A stretch of DNA of 64,000 nucleotides from an uncultured Gammaproteobacteria bacterium (GCA_964629685.1 CAZVTT010000001.1:449319-513318), one strand, 5' to 3'. Positions 38,480-48,546 are shown, numbered from the stretch's first letter. Program-made: numbers and translations. The notes: generated by a model not told the origin, from the sequence alone.

Positions 38480-39559
38480 TTATTGTGTCGGAGTAGTACT
38501 GCTTTCTACCCATTCAGACGCAATTGCCGGTACGTACGCCATAAAACCGTTATCACCTTCAAATACAAATATTGGCTGTAGATAGTTCTGAGGTTCGTAG
38601 CTGTCATAGTACCCCAGACTTACTTGTCGGATGGTGGCAGTAGTTGCTCCGGTATTCGGGTATCTGGCAATATAGCCTCCGCCACTTTGGAGTTCCTGCC
38701 ATGCCTGCATGCTTGTTTTAAGGCTATATGTGGCATATTCCTGATAATCTACCGGCCAGTAGGTGTATACGAACTCCAATAGCCGTTTTTTTGAATTACG
38801 TGAGCCGGAATAGATCATGTTTATCTGGCCTTCATCCGGGTATGGTGTATACACGTTCATACCGGCGATTCCGCGACGGAAAAAATCTACCCGCACCCCG
38901 TCTGCCTGTGAAAGACTGGTAGTAGGCACCAACGTATCGCTGACTAAGCGCAGAAAGGTGACTTTGCTTCTTCCTCGGGCGAAATCATCCTTATACAGCC
39001 GAAGTGTGGTAAGTTGCTCCGTTGAGCGGACTATTGCTTCCCGTTCATTCATAATCTCTTTTTCGTTAAACAAGCCTGTATCCTGTTCGAAGTTGTATTT
39101 CAGAATAAAATTATTTGAAATAATGTCGTAGCGAAGGTTCCGGAGTTTCGTGGTACCGTCTTCGAATCGATAAAGGTTCTTCGTTTCCTGGATAGGATTA
39201 GGGTTCAGCTCAAGTTGAGATGCAAATTGTTGCGTATTTGTTAACCCCAACAAGTTTGCGGCTGCTTTCGGCATGAAGAATACATATGCGGATTCGGATG
39301 CCCGTGGCACGGATCCGGATATCGTTTCCAATTGAAACGTTAATTGACCCGTCGGAGGTGTTTTCGGTTGGGGAAATTTGAGTGCGGAAAGTTTTCCGAA
39401 CCGATGGTTTGGTGGCGGCGGTTTTGGTGGAAAGAAATAGAGCCAGAGAGCAACGAATACGCTCCAGAATAAACGGAGAATAAGGTAAAGAATAACTGCG
39501 AGAATGGCCCAGTTAATGCTTTTTCTTGTATAGTAGGCAGTTTCGGTTAAAGAGGCCAT
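38480..39559 (-). CDS. Membrane-anchored hypothetical protein
   Basis: Long ORF, N-terminal TM then polyPro, YLQPIFVF near C-terminus; start set at ATG 39559. Confidence 0.75.
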   Translation of the reverse strand: MASLTETAYYTRKSINWAILAVILYLILRLFWSVFVALWLYFFPPKPPPPNHRFGKLSALKFPQPKTPPTGQLTFQLETISGSVPRASESAYVFFMPKAAANLLGLTNTQQFASQLELNPNPIQETKNLYRFEDGTTKLRNLRYDIISNNFILKYNFEQDTGLFNEKEIMNEREAIVRSTEQLTTLRLYKDDFARGRSKVTFLRLVSDTLVPTTSLSQADGVRVDFFRRGIAGMNVYTPYPDEGQINMIYSGSRNSKKRLLEFVYTYWPVDYQEYATYSLKTSMQAWQELQSGGGYIARYPNTGATTATIRQVSLGYYDSYEPQNYLQPIFVFEGDNGFMAYVPAIASEWVESSTTPTQ

Positions 39560-39610
39560 AGCACATCGTCCCCTTTGAGTATAAAGTCCGGAGGTGCTAG
39601 AATCAATCCC

Positions 39611-41008
39611 ATGAAGACGGTCAGGACGCGCATTGCGCCTTCTCCAACAGGAGATGATTTTCACATCGGAAATGCGTATACAGCGCTTATAAATTATGTA
39701 TTTGCCAGAAAAAACGGCGGTAAATTTATAATCCGGATAGAGGATACTGACAGAACCAGATTGGTAGAAGGTGCAGAAAAGCGTATATTAGCCTCATTAT
39801 CCTGGCTAGGTATACCTCATGACGAAGGTCCGGATAAAGATGGACCATTTACCCCCTACAGACAGTCGGAGCGCTTACCGATCTACAGAAAATATGCGGA
39901 AGAACTAGTTTCGAAGGGGCATGCGTATTATTGTTTTTGTACCTCGGAGCGCTTAGATACCATGCGTAAAGATCAGGAAGCACGGCATCTTCCTCCCATG
40001 TACGATGGCACGTGTAAGCATTTAAATCCGGAAGAAGCTAAAAAACAGGCAGCATCGGGTACTCCGCATGTAATCCGGCTAAATGTACCTGACGATGGCA
40101 TGACAGTATTTCAGGATATTGTCCGGGGAGAGATTTCTTTTGAAAACAAATTGATAGATGATCAGGTTCTGATTAAGTCGGATAATTTCCCCACATACCA
40201 TCTGGGAGTGGTTGTAGACGATCACTTGATGGGAATTTCCCACATAATCCGGGGTGAAGAGTGGATTTCTTCGACACCTAAGCATGTGTTGCTTTATGAT
40301 TTTTTCGGCTGGGAGATGCCTCAATTGGCGCACATGCCCGTATTGCGTAATCCGGATAAGAGTAAACTAAGTAAGCGCAAAAACCCAGTGTGGGTTTCCT
40401 GGTTCAGACAACAAGGGATATTACCAGAAGCAATCAGAAATTATTTAGGGACACTCGCCTGGACGTACCCGGGAAAAGAAATATTCAGCCTAGAAGAAAT
40501 GATTGCCCAGTTTGATCTTGCTCATATTCAGACAACGGCTCCGATTTTTAACATGGAAAAATTGCGCTGGATGAACGGTGAATATCTGCGGCTAAAAAGT
40601 GAGAATGAACTTTATGCACTACTATCCGATTTTTTGGGAAATAAAATGAAGCCGGAATGGCAGGAGAAATTGCCTTTGATTCTGCCACTAATTCATGAAC
40701 GGATGAAAACGTTAGCAGAATTTGAGTCGCTGGCGTGGTTTTTCTTTGTTAAGCCCACGGAATTTGAACGGCCGCTTCGGGCAGATATCGTGTCATTGCT
40801 GAAATCTACACTTACGTCCGTTCACTGGACTCATGACGAGATGGAACAAGCGATCAGAAAGACAGCAGATGAGCATTCGTTAAAACCAAAAGACATTTTT
40901 ATGGAGCTTCGAATAGCTATAACCGGTAAAACTGTCGGACCGCCTCTTTTGGAATCCCTGGAAGTATTAGGACAGCCGGAAACACTGGCGCGATTGCATG
41001 TGGAGTAA
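39611..41008 (+). CDS. gltX: Glutamate--tRNA ligase
   Basis: RIAPSPTG..HIGN, RIEDTD, RGEEW, KLSKR. Confidence 0.95.
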   Translation: MKTVRTRIAPSPTGDDFHIGNAYTALINYVFARKNGGKFIIRIEDTDRTRLVEGAEKRILASLSWLGIPHDEGPDKDGPFTPYRQSERLPIYRKYAEELVSKGHAYYCFCTSERLDTMRKDQEARHLPPMYDGTCKHLNPEEAKKQAASGTPHVIRLNVPDDGMTVFQDIVRGEISFENKLIDDQVLIKSDNFPTYHLGVVVDDHLMGISHIIRGEEWISSTPKHVLLYDFFGWEMPQLAHMPVLRNPDKSKLSKRKNPVWVSWFRQQGILPEAIRNYLGTLAWTYPGKEIFSLEEMIAQFDLAHIQTTAPIFNMEKLRWMNGEYLRLKSENELYALLSDFLGNKMKPEWQEKLPLILPLIHERMKTLAEFESLAWFFFVKPTEFERPLRADIVSLLKSTLTSVHWTHDEMEQAIRKTADEHSLKPKDIFMELRIAITGKTVGPPLLESLEVLGQPETLARLHVE

Positions 41009-41021
41009 ATGCCTTATCTTT

Positions 41022-41396
41022 TTATTTGTGCTTCTCCAGAAATTTTTCCAAGGCGTTCAATGTTTCGTTGCTTAAGTGATGTTCGAGGCCGTCAATGTCT
41101 TTCTCCATTACCGAAGCAGATACTCCCAATAATGTAAAAAAGTCTATCAGAATTTCATGTCGCTTGCGGATGCTTACTGCAATTTTTTTACCCTGAGGTG
41201 TAAGCGTAAATCCACGATAAGGCTCACGAATCAGATATCCGGCTGTTTCCAATCTTTGCAGCATTCTGGTAACGGAGGCAGGTCTGACGGATAACCGTTC
41301 GGATATATCGCTTACTCTGGCGTATCCTTTCTCCTGAACCAGTTCTAACGTTCGTTCCAGGTAATCTTCGTTTGGTACCGATGGTGTTTCTGACAT
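41022..41396 (-). CDS. mntR: DtxR/MntR family Mn-dependent regulator
   Basis: EDYLE, SVTRML, RHE, LEHH. Confidence 0.88.
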   Translation of the reverse strand: MSETPSVPNEDYLERTLELVQEKGYARVSDISERLSVRPASVTRMLQRLETAGYLIREPYRGFTLTPQGKKIAVSIRKRHEILIDFFTLLGVSASVMEKDIDGLEHHLSNETLNALEKFLEKHK

Positions 41397-41404
41397 AAGG
41401 CGTA

Positions 41405-42748
41405 TTATACCCCGCGTATGGTTGCGACCAACAGCCAAGTGTTTAATGCTGCAATTATGGTAGCAATGGTAAATGCCAGGTATTTCAGCGGGTTGCTGTT
41501 TACAAACGGGCCCATTTTATGTTTATCACTGGTAAACATTACCAGCGGGAACACGGCAAAGGATAATTGTAGGCTCAGTACTACCTGGCTGAGTATGAGT
41601 AATTGCGCCAGTCCGTGTGCTCCATATAACAGAATAACAATCATAGCCGGAATTATGGCTAAACTTCTGGTAATTATCCGACGTAACCACGGTTTTATAC
41701 GTAAATGTATAAAACCCTCCATAATTATTTGTCCGGCCAGTGTTCCGGTAATTGTAGAATTATGTCCGGATGCAAATAAGGCAAGTGCAAAAACGATACT
41801 GGCGACGGATGTACCTAATGTTGGCGCCAAAAGCTTATACGCGTCCTGGATTTCCGCTACTTCGCCTATACCCCGAAAATGAAATACGGAAGCGGAAAGA
41901 ATCAGAATGGCTGCGTTTACGAAAAACGCTAATATTAACGCGATAGTTGAATCTACTGTGGCAAAATGTATCGCTTGCTTTTTTGACGAAACCGCTGTAG
42001 ATATTTTTCTGGTTTGGACGATGGAAGAATGCAGATACAAATTATGTGGCATTACCGTGGCGCCCAGAATTCCTACGGCTATGTATAGCATCTCGGGATT
42101 GTAAATAAGTTCAACTGAAGGAAATAGTCCCTGAAAGACATCACTCCACGCAGGTTGTGATAACCATAACTCTATACCAAAACAGAGCATTATGATGCTT
42201 ATCAGCGATATTACCAGCGCTTCCAGGTAGCGAAAACCCTTGTGTTCTAGTAGCATCAAAATAAATACGTCCAGAACGGTTACGATAACGCCGATTGGTA
42301 GCGGAAGGTTAAAAAGTAAGTTAAGCGCTATTGCAGATCCGATAACTTCAGCTAAATCGCAAGCCGTAATTGCAATTTCTGCCAGAATCCAGAGAATAAA
42401 ACTGATTGGTTTGGAATAGTGATCTCTACTTGCTTGGGCTAAATCACGACCTGTGACTATTCCTAACTTTAAGGAAAGATGTTGAAGTACTATGGCCATC
42501 AGGTTTGAAAGGAAAATGACAAAGAGCAAAGTGTAGCCGAATTTAGATCCCCCGGCAAGATCGGTTGCCCAGTTACCGGGATCCATGTACCCAACTGCTA
42601 CTAAGAATCCAGGGCCGCTAAATGCCAGTAGTTTTTTCCACCAGGAAAAATGATGTGGTACGGGTATACTTCCATGTACCTCTTCCAGACTTTTACCAAG
42701 TTGTTCATGTCTCCACCCTGAGGATATAAAGTCAATTTCATTCTGCAT
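41405..42748 (-). CDS. mntH: Nramp Mn2+ transporter MntH
   Basis: YMDPGNW, MPHNLYLHS, GQIIMEGF. Confidence 0.95.
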   Translation of the reverse strand: MQNEIDFISSGWRHEQLGKSLEEVHGSIPVPHHFSWWKKLLAFSGPGFLVAVGYMDPGNWATDLAGGSKFGYTLLFVIFLSNLMAIVLQHLSLKLGIVTGRDLAQASRDHYSKPISFILWILAEIAITACDLAEVIGSAIALNLLFNLPLPIGVIVTVLDVFILMLLEHKGFRYLEALVISLISIIMLCFGIELWLSQPAWSDVFQGLFPSVELIYNPEMLYIAVGILGATVMPHNLYLHSSIVQTRKISTAVSSKKQAIHFATVDSTIALILAFFVNAAILILSASVFHFRGIGEVAEIQDAYKLLAPTLGTSVASIVFALALFASGHNSTITGTLAGQIIMEGFIHLRIKPWLRRIITRSLAIIPAMIVILLYGAHGLAQLLILSQVVLSLQLSFAVFPLVMFTSDKHKMGPFVNSNPLKYLAFTIATIIAALNTWLLVATIRGV

Positions 42749-42776
42749 ACAAAAATATTATATAGTGTAAAAAAAG

Positions 42777-42790
42777 TTAGTCAACGCTAA
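42777..42790. promoter_or_regulatory. Putative MntR box
   Basis: TTAG-N6-CTAA in the mntH promoter region. Confidence 0.5.
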
Positions 42791-42816
42791 AATACAGTGA
42801 AAAAAAATGGTTCTGA

Positions 42817-43677
42817 TTACGTATACTCTATCCAATGAGGATCGGTTTCCACGCTTAATTCTACATATACCTTTTTATTCGTTGCTGTCTCCATTTCTTT
42901 TCTGCTGGCCATGCTGATTTCTTTTATCATGGAGCCTTTAGCACCGATAATCATGGCTTTATACCGATCATCACCGGTAAGAATCCTGGCTTTAATATAA
43001 AGTGAACCTTTTTCCCGTTCAGCGATTTCGTCAACCATAACCGTCAGCATATACGGTAGTTCAGCTCGGAGGAACAGAAATGCTTTTTCTCTGATTATTT
43101 CGGATACGAATGTTTTACTATCCAAATTTAAACCTGGCTGTACTAATGTGGTGGTATCTATAAACGATTCCTGCTCCGGTAAATGGGAGAATATGGCTTC
43201 CGTTAGCAGATTTAGATTATGACGTTTCAATGCGGAAACATGAATAACATCATCAAACTCTTCTTCCATGAATTTATACTGAACTATATGCGAGGGGTGC
43301 TTAATATCCGATTTGTTAATGACTAATATTTTAGGTGCCTTAATGCTACGTACTATACCTAATGCTTTATTTTCTTCAAAACTTCGTTCTCTCGTATGGT
43401 CTACAACATAGCACACGACATCTATCCCCTGAGCAATGGCTTCGGTTGTGCGGGGAGTAATTCGCTTTGCCATTTCGTCTTCATTTTTTGCAAATATTCC
43501 GGGAGTGTCTATAAACAGAATTTGTCCCCGGTCATCCTGGTACACGGCCTGAATTGCAAACCTAGTGGTTTGGGGTTTGGGTGAGGTAATGGTTACTTTA
43601 TGGCCCACGATAGCATTAACAAGTGTAGACTTGCCAGCGTTTGGACGGCCAATTAAACAGACGACTCCGGCTTTCAT
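42817..43677 (-). CDS. era: GTPase Era
   Basis: GRPNAGKST, PQTTR, DTPG, NKSD, KH domain IIGAKG. Confidence 0.95.
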   Translation of the reverse strand: MKAGVVCLIGRPNAGKSTLVNAIVGHKVTITSPKPQTTRFAIQAVYQDDRGQILFIDTPGIFAKNEDEMAKRITPRTTEAIAQGIDVVCYVVDHTRERSFEENKALGIVRSIKAPKILVINKSDIKHPSHIVQYKFMEEEFDDVIHVSALKRHNLNLLTEAIFSHLPEQESFIDTTTLVQPGLNLDSKTFVSEIIREKAFLFLRAELPYMLTVMVDEIAEREKGSLYIKARILTGDDRYKAMIIGAKGSMIKEISMASRKEMETATNKKVYVELSVETDPHWIEYT

Positions 43678-43847
43678 ACGCGTATTGTACTATACTTAGC
43701 CTATTCTATGAACCTAAAGTTAATTTTTGAGCCTAAACTGAATCACTCCGCAGTAAACTATTGGTGGATATGAAGAATACGATATGATAGATGTATATAA
43801 TTTGTAGTTGAGAGTGTGGGGTGTGTTAAGAAGGAAAGGATGGCTGC

Positions 43848-44309
43848 ATGAAGGGAAACACCAAAGTTGTTATTCTGGCCGTAGGGTTATTGTTGATAGC
43901 TGTGGGTTGGTTTGTAAGAAATGGATTGGTGTCTTCCGGTCGCGCCGGAAATACTACAGTCTCTCTAACGGATTCTGAAAATAATAAGGCGCAATCTGTT
44001 ATCCCTACGTCCATAGCGAAAGAAGTAACAACAAATGCACCGATACCTAACGTTACTGTCCCATTGCTGGTAAGTGCGCCTGTGGAAGGGTTGACTGTTA
44101 AATCTGCAACGACAGTCGTGAAAGGTAAAACTGCCAAAGGAATAGATGTATTTGTAAACGATACTGAAGTTCGTTCTGATGGAAACGGCAATTTTAGTGC
44201 AACGGTTTCTTTAGATGAAGGGGAAAACACTATTATCGTGGTGGTTACGGATAACGAAGGGAATGTAGCAGAAGAAACGGTAACGGTTATATACGATTCC
44301 GGAAATTAA
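43848..44309 (+). CDS. Membrane-anchored Ig-like domain protein
   Basis: N-terminal TM, DGNGNFS..LDEGENTI.V.VTD.EGN. Confidence 0.7.
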   Translation: MKGNTKVVILAVGLLLIAVGWFVRNGLVSSGRAGNTTVSLTDSENNKAQSVIPTSIAKEVTTNAPIPNVTVPLLVSAPVEGLTVKSATTVVKGKTAKGIDVFVNDTEVRSDGNGNFSATVSLDEGENTIIVVVTDNEGNVAEETVTVIYDSGN

Positions 44310-44358
44310 TATATCGGAGTATGGTAAATATTCCGACTATCCTAAGAAGGAGGAAAAT

Positions 44359-45063
44359 ATGTATTTGTTAATACGCGGTATTACGTTTGCTGCTGTTTTG
44401 TATTTTGCCGTGACGTTCGTACAACCGGTAAAGGCTACAATTTCGGATATCCGTTCGGAAACAAAGCAGATAAAAGAAGAACGCGTAGAAGCACGCAAGG
44501 AGTTCCGTCAGGAAATACAGACTAGTGTGGATGAAAGAAAATCTTCGATATCATCTGCACTATCTAAACGAGTGCTGCTGAGTTCAGCTACACTTACAGC
44601 CAAAAGTGGGGATACTTTTACGGTAACCAAAGACAGTAAGAGTTATTCTGTGTTAACAAATTCAGAGACACAATTACGGCGAAGATTTTGGGGAAAAGCC
44701 ACACTCGACGAAATGCAGGTAGGCGATAGTGTAAATATTATCGGAGTCTGGACAGATGATACCAAAACTACTATTCAAGCCCGATTAGTACGCGATATAT
44801 CCATACAAAAACGTTTTGGCATATTTGTTGGTGTTATAAAATCGATGAGCGGGAATACGTTCATTCTGGAAGCAGTGCAACGTGGGCCCCAGACGGTTAC
44901 AGTCGATAGTGCAACGAAAATAACAAATCGTAACGGTCAAACAATACCGCAGTCTGATTTGACAGTAGGGCATAGGGTTCGCGTTCGCGGTATGTGGAAC
45001 AATGCCAATTCAACAATTACGGAAGTTGTCGGAATTAAGGATTACAGTCTTCCGGTTAAATAG
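44359..45063 (+). CDS. Secreted DUF5666-domain protein
   Basis: Signal peptide, two repeats ending L.VG..V.V.G; SD AAGGAGG. Confidence 0.75.
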   Translation: MYLLIRGITFAAVLYFAVTFVQPVKATISDIRSETKQIKEERVEARKEFRQEIQTSVDERKSSISSALSKRVLLSSATLTAKSGDTFTVTKDSKSYSVLTNSETQLRRRFWGKATLDEMQVGDSVNIIGVWTDDTKTTIQARLVRDISIQKRFGIFVGVIKSMSGNTFILEAVQRGPQTVTVDSATKITNRNGQTIPQSDLTVGHRVRVRGMWNNANSTITEVVGIKDYSLPVK

Positions 45064-45184
45064 TTAGCAGTTTAAGCTCTCTGGTGCTAAGTAGAGGTTT
45101 TGCTTACTAGTACCTGCTCCCGCATGGGGATTCTTTAAGTTTTTTTGTTGTCAAAATGTGTTTTATTGATGATAAACTAATGCA

Positions 45185-46009
45185 ATGAAACTATCGGAAG
45201 GTCAGATCCGCTCCTTTCAGGTATTTATCCTGGATTGGTGGGCAAAAAATAAGCGTGATTTGCCATGGCGTAAGACCAGGAACCCGTACAAAATACTGGT
45301 GTCGGAAATGATGCTCCAGCAGACACAGGTAAGTCGGGTGCTTCCAACCTATGTCGCTTTTCTTTTACGATTCCCTGACGTGAATGCCCTTGCGGGAGCA
45401 AGTACGGCAGATGTCCTGAAAGCCTGGAAAGGTATGGGGTATAATCGTCGGGCTCTGTACTTGCAGCGTACGGCCTATACGGTGGTGCAGGAGCACGGAG
45501 GAGTATTCCCCCGGAATGAACAATTACTGCGTAAGTTACCAGGTTTGGGTAAATATACTGTTCGAGCAATTATGGTGTTCGCATATGAGGAAAATGTTTC
45601 CGTTATAGATACAAACGTGCGGAAAATTTTAGAATATTATTTTTTCTCCGGGAGCAAGCCGGAGCAGCAGGTGTTGGAGGCAGTAGCAGATCAGTTAGTA
45701 CCACCGGGAAATTCCTGGAATTGGCATCAGGCACTCATGGATTATGGCGCGTTAGAAATGTCTAAGCTCGTGCCACGCATCCGTACAGGAGCAGCAGCAA
45801 AAATTCCATTTAAAGAGACGGCCAGATTTTATCGCGGCAGGGTAGTAGATGTGTTGCGGGAACGATCAATAGAGCAATCACAATTAGTGCATGATTTTTC
45901 TGCTGAATATGGAAAATCATTGGAGTACATAGAGGATATTATTAACGGGTTAGCCCGAGATGGCTTACTATTCCGTGATACTGATGGTATAATCTCGTTA
46001 CCGAAATAG
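45185..46009 (+). CDS. mutY: A/G-specific adenine glycosylase, lacking Fe-S cysteines
   Basis: RDLPWR, VSEMMLQQTQV, GMGYNRRA, HhH LPGLGKYT, DTNV, QALMDYG. Confidence 0.85.
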   Translation: MKLSEGQIRSFQVFILDWWAKNKRDLPWRKTRNPYKILVSEMMLQQTQVSRVLPTYVAFLLRFPDVNALAGASTADVLKAWKGMGYNRRALYLQRTAYTVVQEHGGVFPRNEQLLRKLPGLGKYTVRAIMVFAYEENVSVIDTNVRKILEYYFFSGSKPEQQVLEAVADQLVPPGNSWNWHQALMDYGALEMSKLVPRIRTGAAAKIPFKETARFYRGRVVDVLRERSIEQSQLVHDFSAEYGKSLEYIEDIINGLARDGLLFRDTDGIISLPK

Positions 46010-46026
46010 ACGGTAATTCTATCATT

Positions 46027-46097
46027 TGCGGGATCGTATAATGGTAGTACGCATCCCTCTGGAGGATGTTATCTAGGTTCGAGTCCTAGTCCCGCAG
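46027..46097 (+). tRNA. tRNA-Gln(CTG)
   Basis: Acceptor TGCGGGA/TCCCGCA, anticodon arm CATCC-CTCTGGA-GGATG, T arm CTAGG-TTCGAGT-CCTAG; CCA not encoded. Confidence 0.95.
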
Positions 46098-46448
46098 CCC
46101 ATCCTTCGCTAAAGCTACGGAGTGGCTGCCTATGTACTACGCGTACATTTTGCTAAGTTCAAAATCGCATATCTTCTATTACGGATTTACCCAAGACTTG
46201 AAGAACAGATATAAAATGCACTCCGAAGGAAAGGTTCCCTCAACGAAACCTCATATTCCGTGGAAATTAGTATGGTATGGAGCCTTTGAGACGGAGAAAC
46301 AAGCAAGAGATTTTGAACTTTATCTAAAAAGTGGTGCGGGTAAAGCATTTGCTTATAAACGGTTAGTGTCCGTAGCTTTGGCAAAGGATTTGGTTGAAGG
46401 ACGAAAAAGTGTTCCGAAGCTTTAGCGTAGGACATCTAGTCCCGCAGC
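46086..46448 (+). mobile_element. Putative GIY-YIG mini-element in tRNA-Gln 3' end
   Basis: 13-bp direct repeats CTAGTCCCGCAGC (46086-46098, 46436-46448); 20-bp inverted repeats 46102-46121 and 46413-46432. Confidence 0.65.
46132..46425 (+). CDS. Stand-alone GIY-YIG nuclease (SLX1-like)
   Basis: YYAYIL..FYYGFT.DL..R...H, W.LV.Y..F, E..LKSG.G. Confidence 0.88.
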   Translation: MYYAYILLSSKSHIFYYGFTQDLKNRYKMHSEGKVPSTKPHIPWKLVWYGAFETEKQARDFELYLKSGAGKAFAYKRLVSVALAKDLVEGRKSVPKL

Positions 46449-46573
46449 TGAGTCAAAGTAAGTACAAAACAAGGACAGGGAGACTTGGACCGCAGAACCT
46501 AAACAATCTTCTTCAATAAATACGTTATAATTCTTCATAAAACATAGAATTCTCCGTGTAACGCCTTAACTAT

Positions 46574-47197
46574 ATGGATAAACGTCAATTTATTTTTTAT
46601 CATAAAATTATTTCCTCAAGACTAAATGCATTTTTGGATCAATGGGATTTTCTAAATGTAGTTCCCCAAGGGATTGTTAATGAATATTCGGATCTAATCG
46701 GACCAATATTAGAGGAGTTACAAGTAAATAATGAAAAAGAATCATTAATTAGATTTGTGAATTATATTGTGGAAAGTCGATACGGATGTAAACCAAGTCG
46801 TACTGAATCATTTGTGAAGAGCATCTTATTGTGGTGGGTACAACAAAATACTGAAGTAGATCAAAGAGACATGGCAAGTAAACATAAAGTTCCTTTTTCT
46901 CCGATCGCACCACTGTCTATTATTGGTTTATCAGATAATACGGATGGTCTCATGATTCCCATAAATGGATTACGTCATCCTTCAAAAGAAAATTCAAATG
47001 GCTGGTTTATTTGGTCAGGAGAAGAATTAAAAGAAGATAAGGATTTTTTCAAACCGACTCATGTCGTTCACTTAAACGAAAGATGTCCTCAAGTATTAAA
47101 GTATCTCTGCCTACCACCAGGCTACAGGTTTCTTATTGATAATAAAGGATATGAAGATGTTTGGTTTGATGAAAAATTGCTGCAGATATTGGAATAA
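46574..47197 (+). CDS. Hypothetical protein with C-terminal Imm33-like immunity domain
   Basis: PINGLRHP..NGWFIWSG..FF.P.H..HL..YLCLPPGYRFL..EDVWFD. Confidence 0.65.
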   Translation: MDKRQFIFYHKIISSRLNAFLDQWDFLNVVPQGIVNEYSDLIGPILEELQVNNEKESLIRFVNYIVESRYGCKPSRTESFVKSILLWWVQQNTEVDQRDMASKHKVPFSPIAPLSIIGLSDNTDGLMIPINGLRHPSKENSNGWFIWSGEELKEDKDFFKPTHVVHLNERCPQVLKYLCLPPGYRFLIDNKGYEDVWFDEKLLQILE

Positions 47198-47317
47198 TTT
47201 GAGTTGTAATAGGTTATAACTTGGGACACGTAGCCCAGCTAACTTTGAGCGAGTACAATATTGAACAGGAAGACCTGGACTTAGAACCTAACTTCGATAT
47301 CCGCTATAATCCGTTGC

Positions 47318-47776
47318 ATGAAGTATGAAATCCCCAATTATAAAACGATAGAAATACATACCATTATTTTGGATTTGAATGGGACACTTAGTGTAGGTGG
47401 AGTGTTAGTTGAAGGTGTTAAAGAAAGAATTCTGGAGTTGAAAAACCGTTTCAATTTCTATTTATTTTCAGGTGATACTCGGGGAAATGGGCAATTGATT
47501 GCAGATGAATTGGGAATCAATTTTGTAAAGGCGGGAACAGGAGAAGAAAAAAAGGCGGAATTAATGAAACTTAATCCTAATACATGTGTTAGTATAGGAA
47601 ACGGTTTAATAGATCTTGAGATTACTAAACTAGCACAATTAGGGATTATTACACTTCAGTCCGAAGGAATACACACGCAAACTCTTCTTGCCGCAGATAT
47701 TGTAGTACCCACTGTTAACGATGCATTAGATTTATTTCTTGACGAAAGAAGATTAATTGCGACTTTACGTAAATAA
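47318..47776 (+). CDS. HAD-family hydrolase (soluble P-type ATPase-like)
   Basis: DLNGT, SGDT, GNG..D, RLIATLR. Confidence 0.85.
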   Translation: MKYEIPNYKTIEIHTIILDLNGTLSVGGVLVEGVKERILELKNRFNFYLFSGDTRGNGQLIADELGINFVKAGTGEEKKAELMKLNPNTCVSIGNGLIDLEITKLAQLGIITLQSEGIHTQTLLAADIVVPTVNDALDLFLDERRLIATLRK

Positions 47777-47849
47777 CCGAACGTATAATTTGGGACACCC
47801 AGGGTATCCGAATGTTGAAATAGGAAATACCGGGCTTTTTATGCCGTAA

Positions 47850-47886
47850 AAAAAACGAGGTATCACTTCTCATGATACCTCGTTTA
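47850..47886. terminator. Bidirectional terminator
   Basis: AAACGAGGTATCA/TGATACCTCGTTT between convergent genes. Confidence 0.75.
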
Positions 47887-47903
47887 TGCGGGTAGATAAA
47901 ATA

Positions 47904-48194
47904 TTACATCGGCATTGCTTCATACACACGCACACTTGTGATTATTGGACATTTTTCAAGAAGTTTTTCGACTTCTTTCATACTTACCGCGTTAATGATC
48001 GTATATCCAACGGTAGCATTCATGTCCTGTGGCAAATCTTTATTTCCTGTTTTAGTTACTTCTATTCCTGGACCGAAAGGATTACCACTATCTACTACTC
48101 TGTTTCCAAGCACTTCAAACCACTTTTTCCATCCTTCCATAACTTCCGGGGTATATTCCCACATACCTACATATAAGAGCATAAATTTTTTCAT
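47904..48194 (-). CDS. YciI-like protein
   Basis: KFMLLY, W..WF, D.GNPF, GYTII.A, CP; SD AGGAGG. Confidence 0.75.
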   Translation of the reverse strand: MKKFMLLYVGMWEYTPEVMEGWKKWFEVLGNRVVDSGNPFGPGIEVTKTGNKDLPQDMNATVGYTIINAVSMKEVEKLLEKCPIITSVRVYEAMPM

Positions 48195-48200
48195 ATGATT

Positions 48201-48545
48201 TCACCTCCTTTCTTGTTTAAGATATTCGGTATAGTTACTTAAACGTTCTGCATCTGTACCCCAATATGCCTGGTATTGGGTTAACCACTGCTGAAGTGTG
48301 TAGAGCGATTTTCTATTTAGCGTCAGGAATACAATTCTTCCAGTCTTCTTGCGCAATATGATACCGGCATGATCAAGTATTTTTATATGTTTATGAATTG
48401 CAGGAAGTGATAACCCCTGCATTGATGCCAGGCGACTTATTGAAGTCGGTTGAAGACTTAACGTGTAGACAATATCTCTTCTGTGTTGATTGGCAAGTGC
48501 TTCTAAAATAATGTCTAATTGTTTAGTAGAATAACTTTTGGCCAT
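48201..48545 (-). CDS. ArsR-family regulator
   Basis: ALAN..RR.I, SLPAIHKH..IL..AG, K.GR. Confidence 0.85.
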   Translation of the reverse strand: MAKSYSTKQLDIILEALANQHRRDIVYTLSLQPTSISRLASMQGLSLPAIHKHIKILDHAGIILRKKTGRIVFLTLNRKSLYTLQQWLTQYQAYWGTDAERLSNYTEYLKQERR

Positions 48546-48546
48546 A

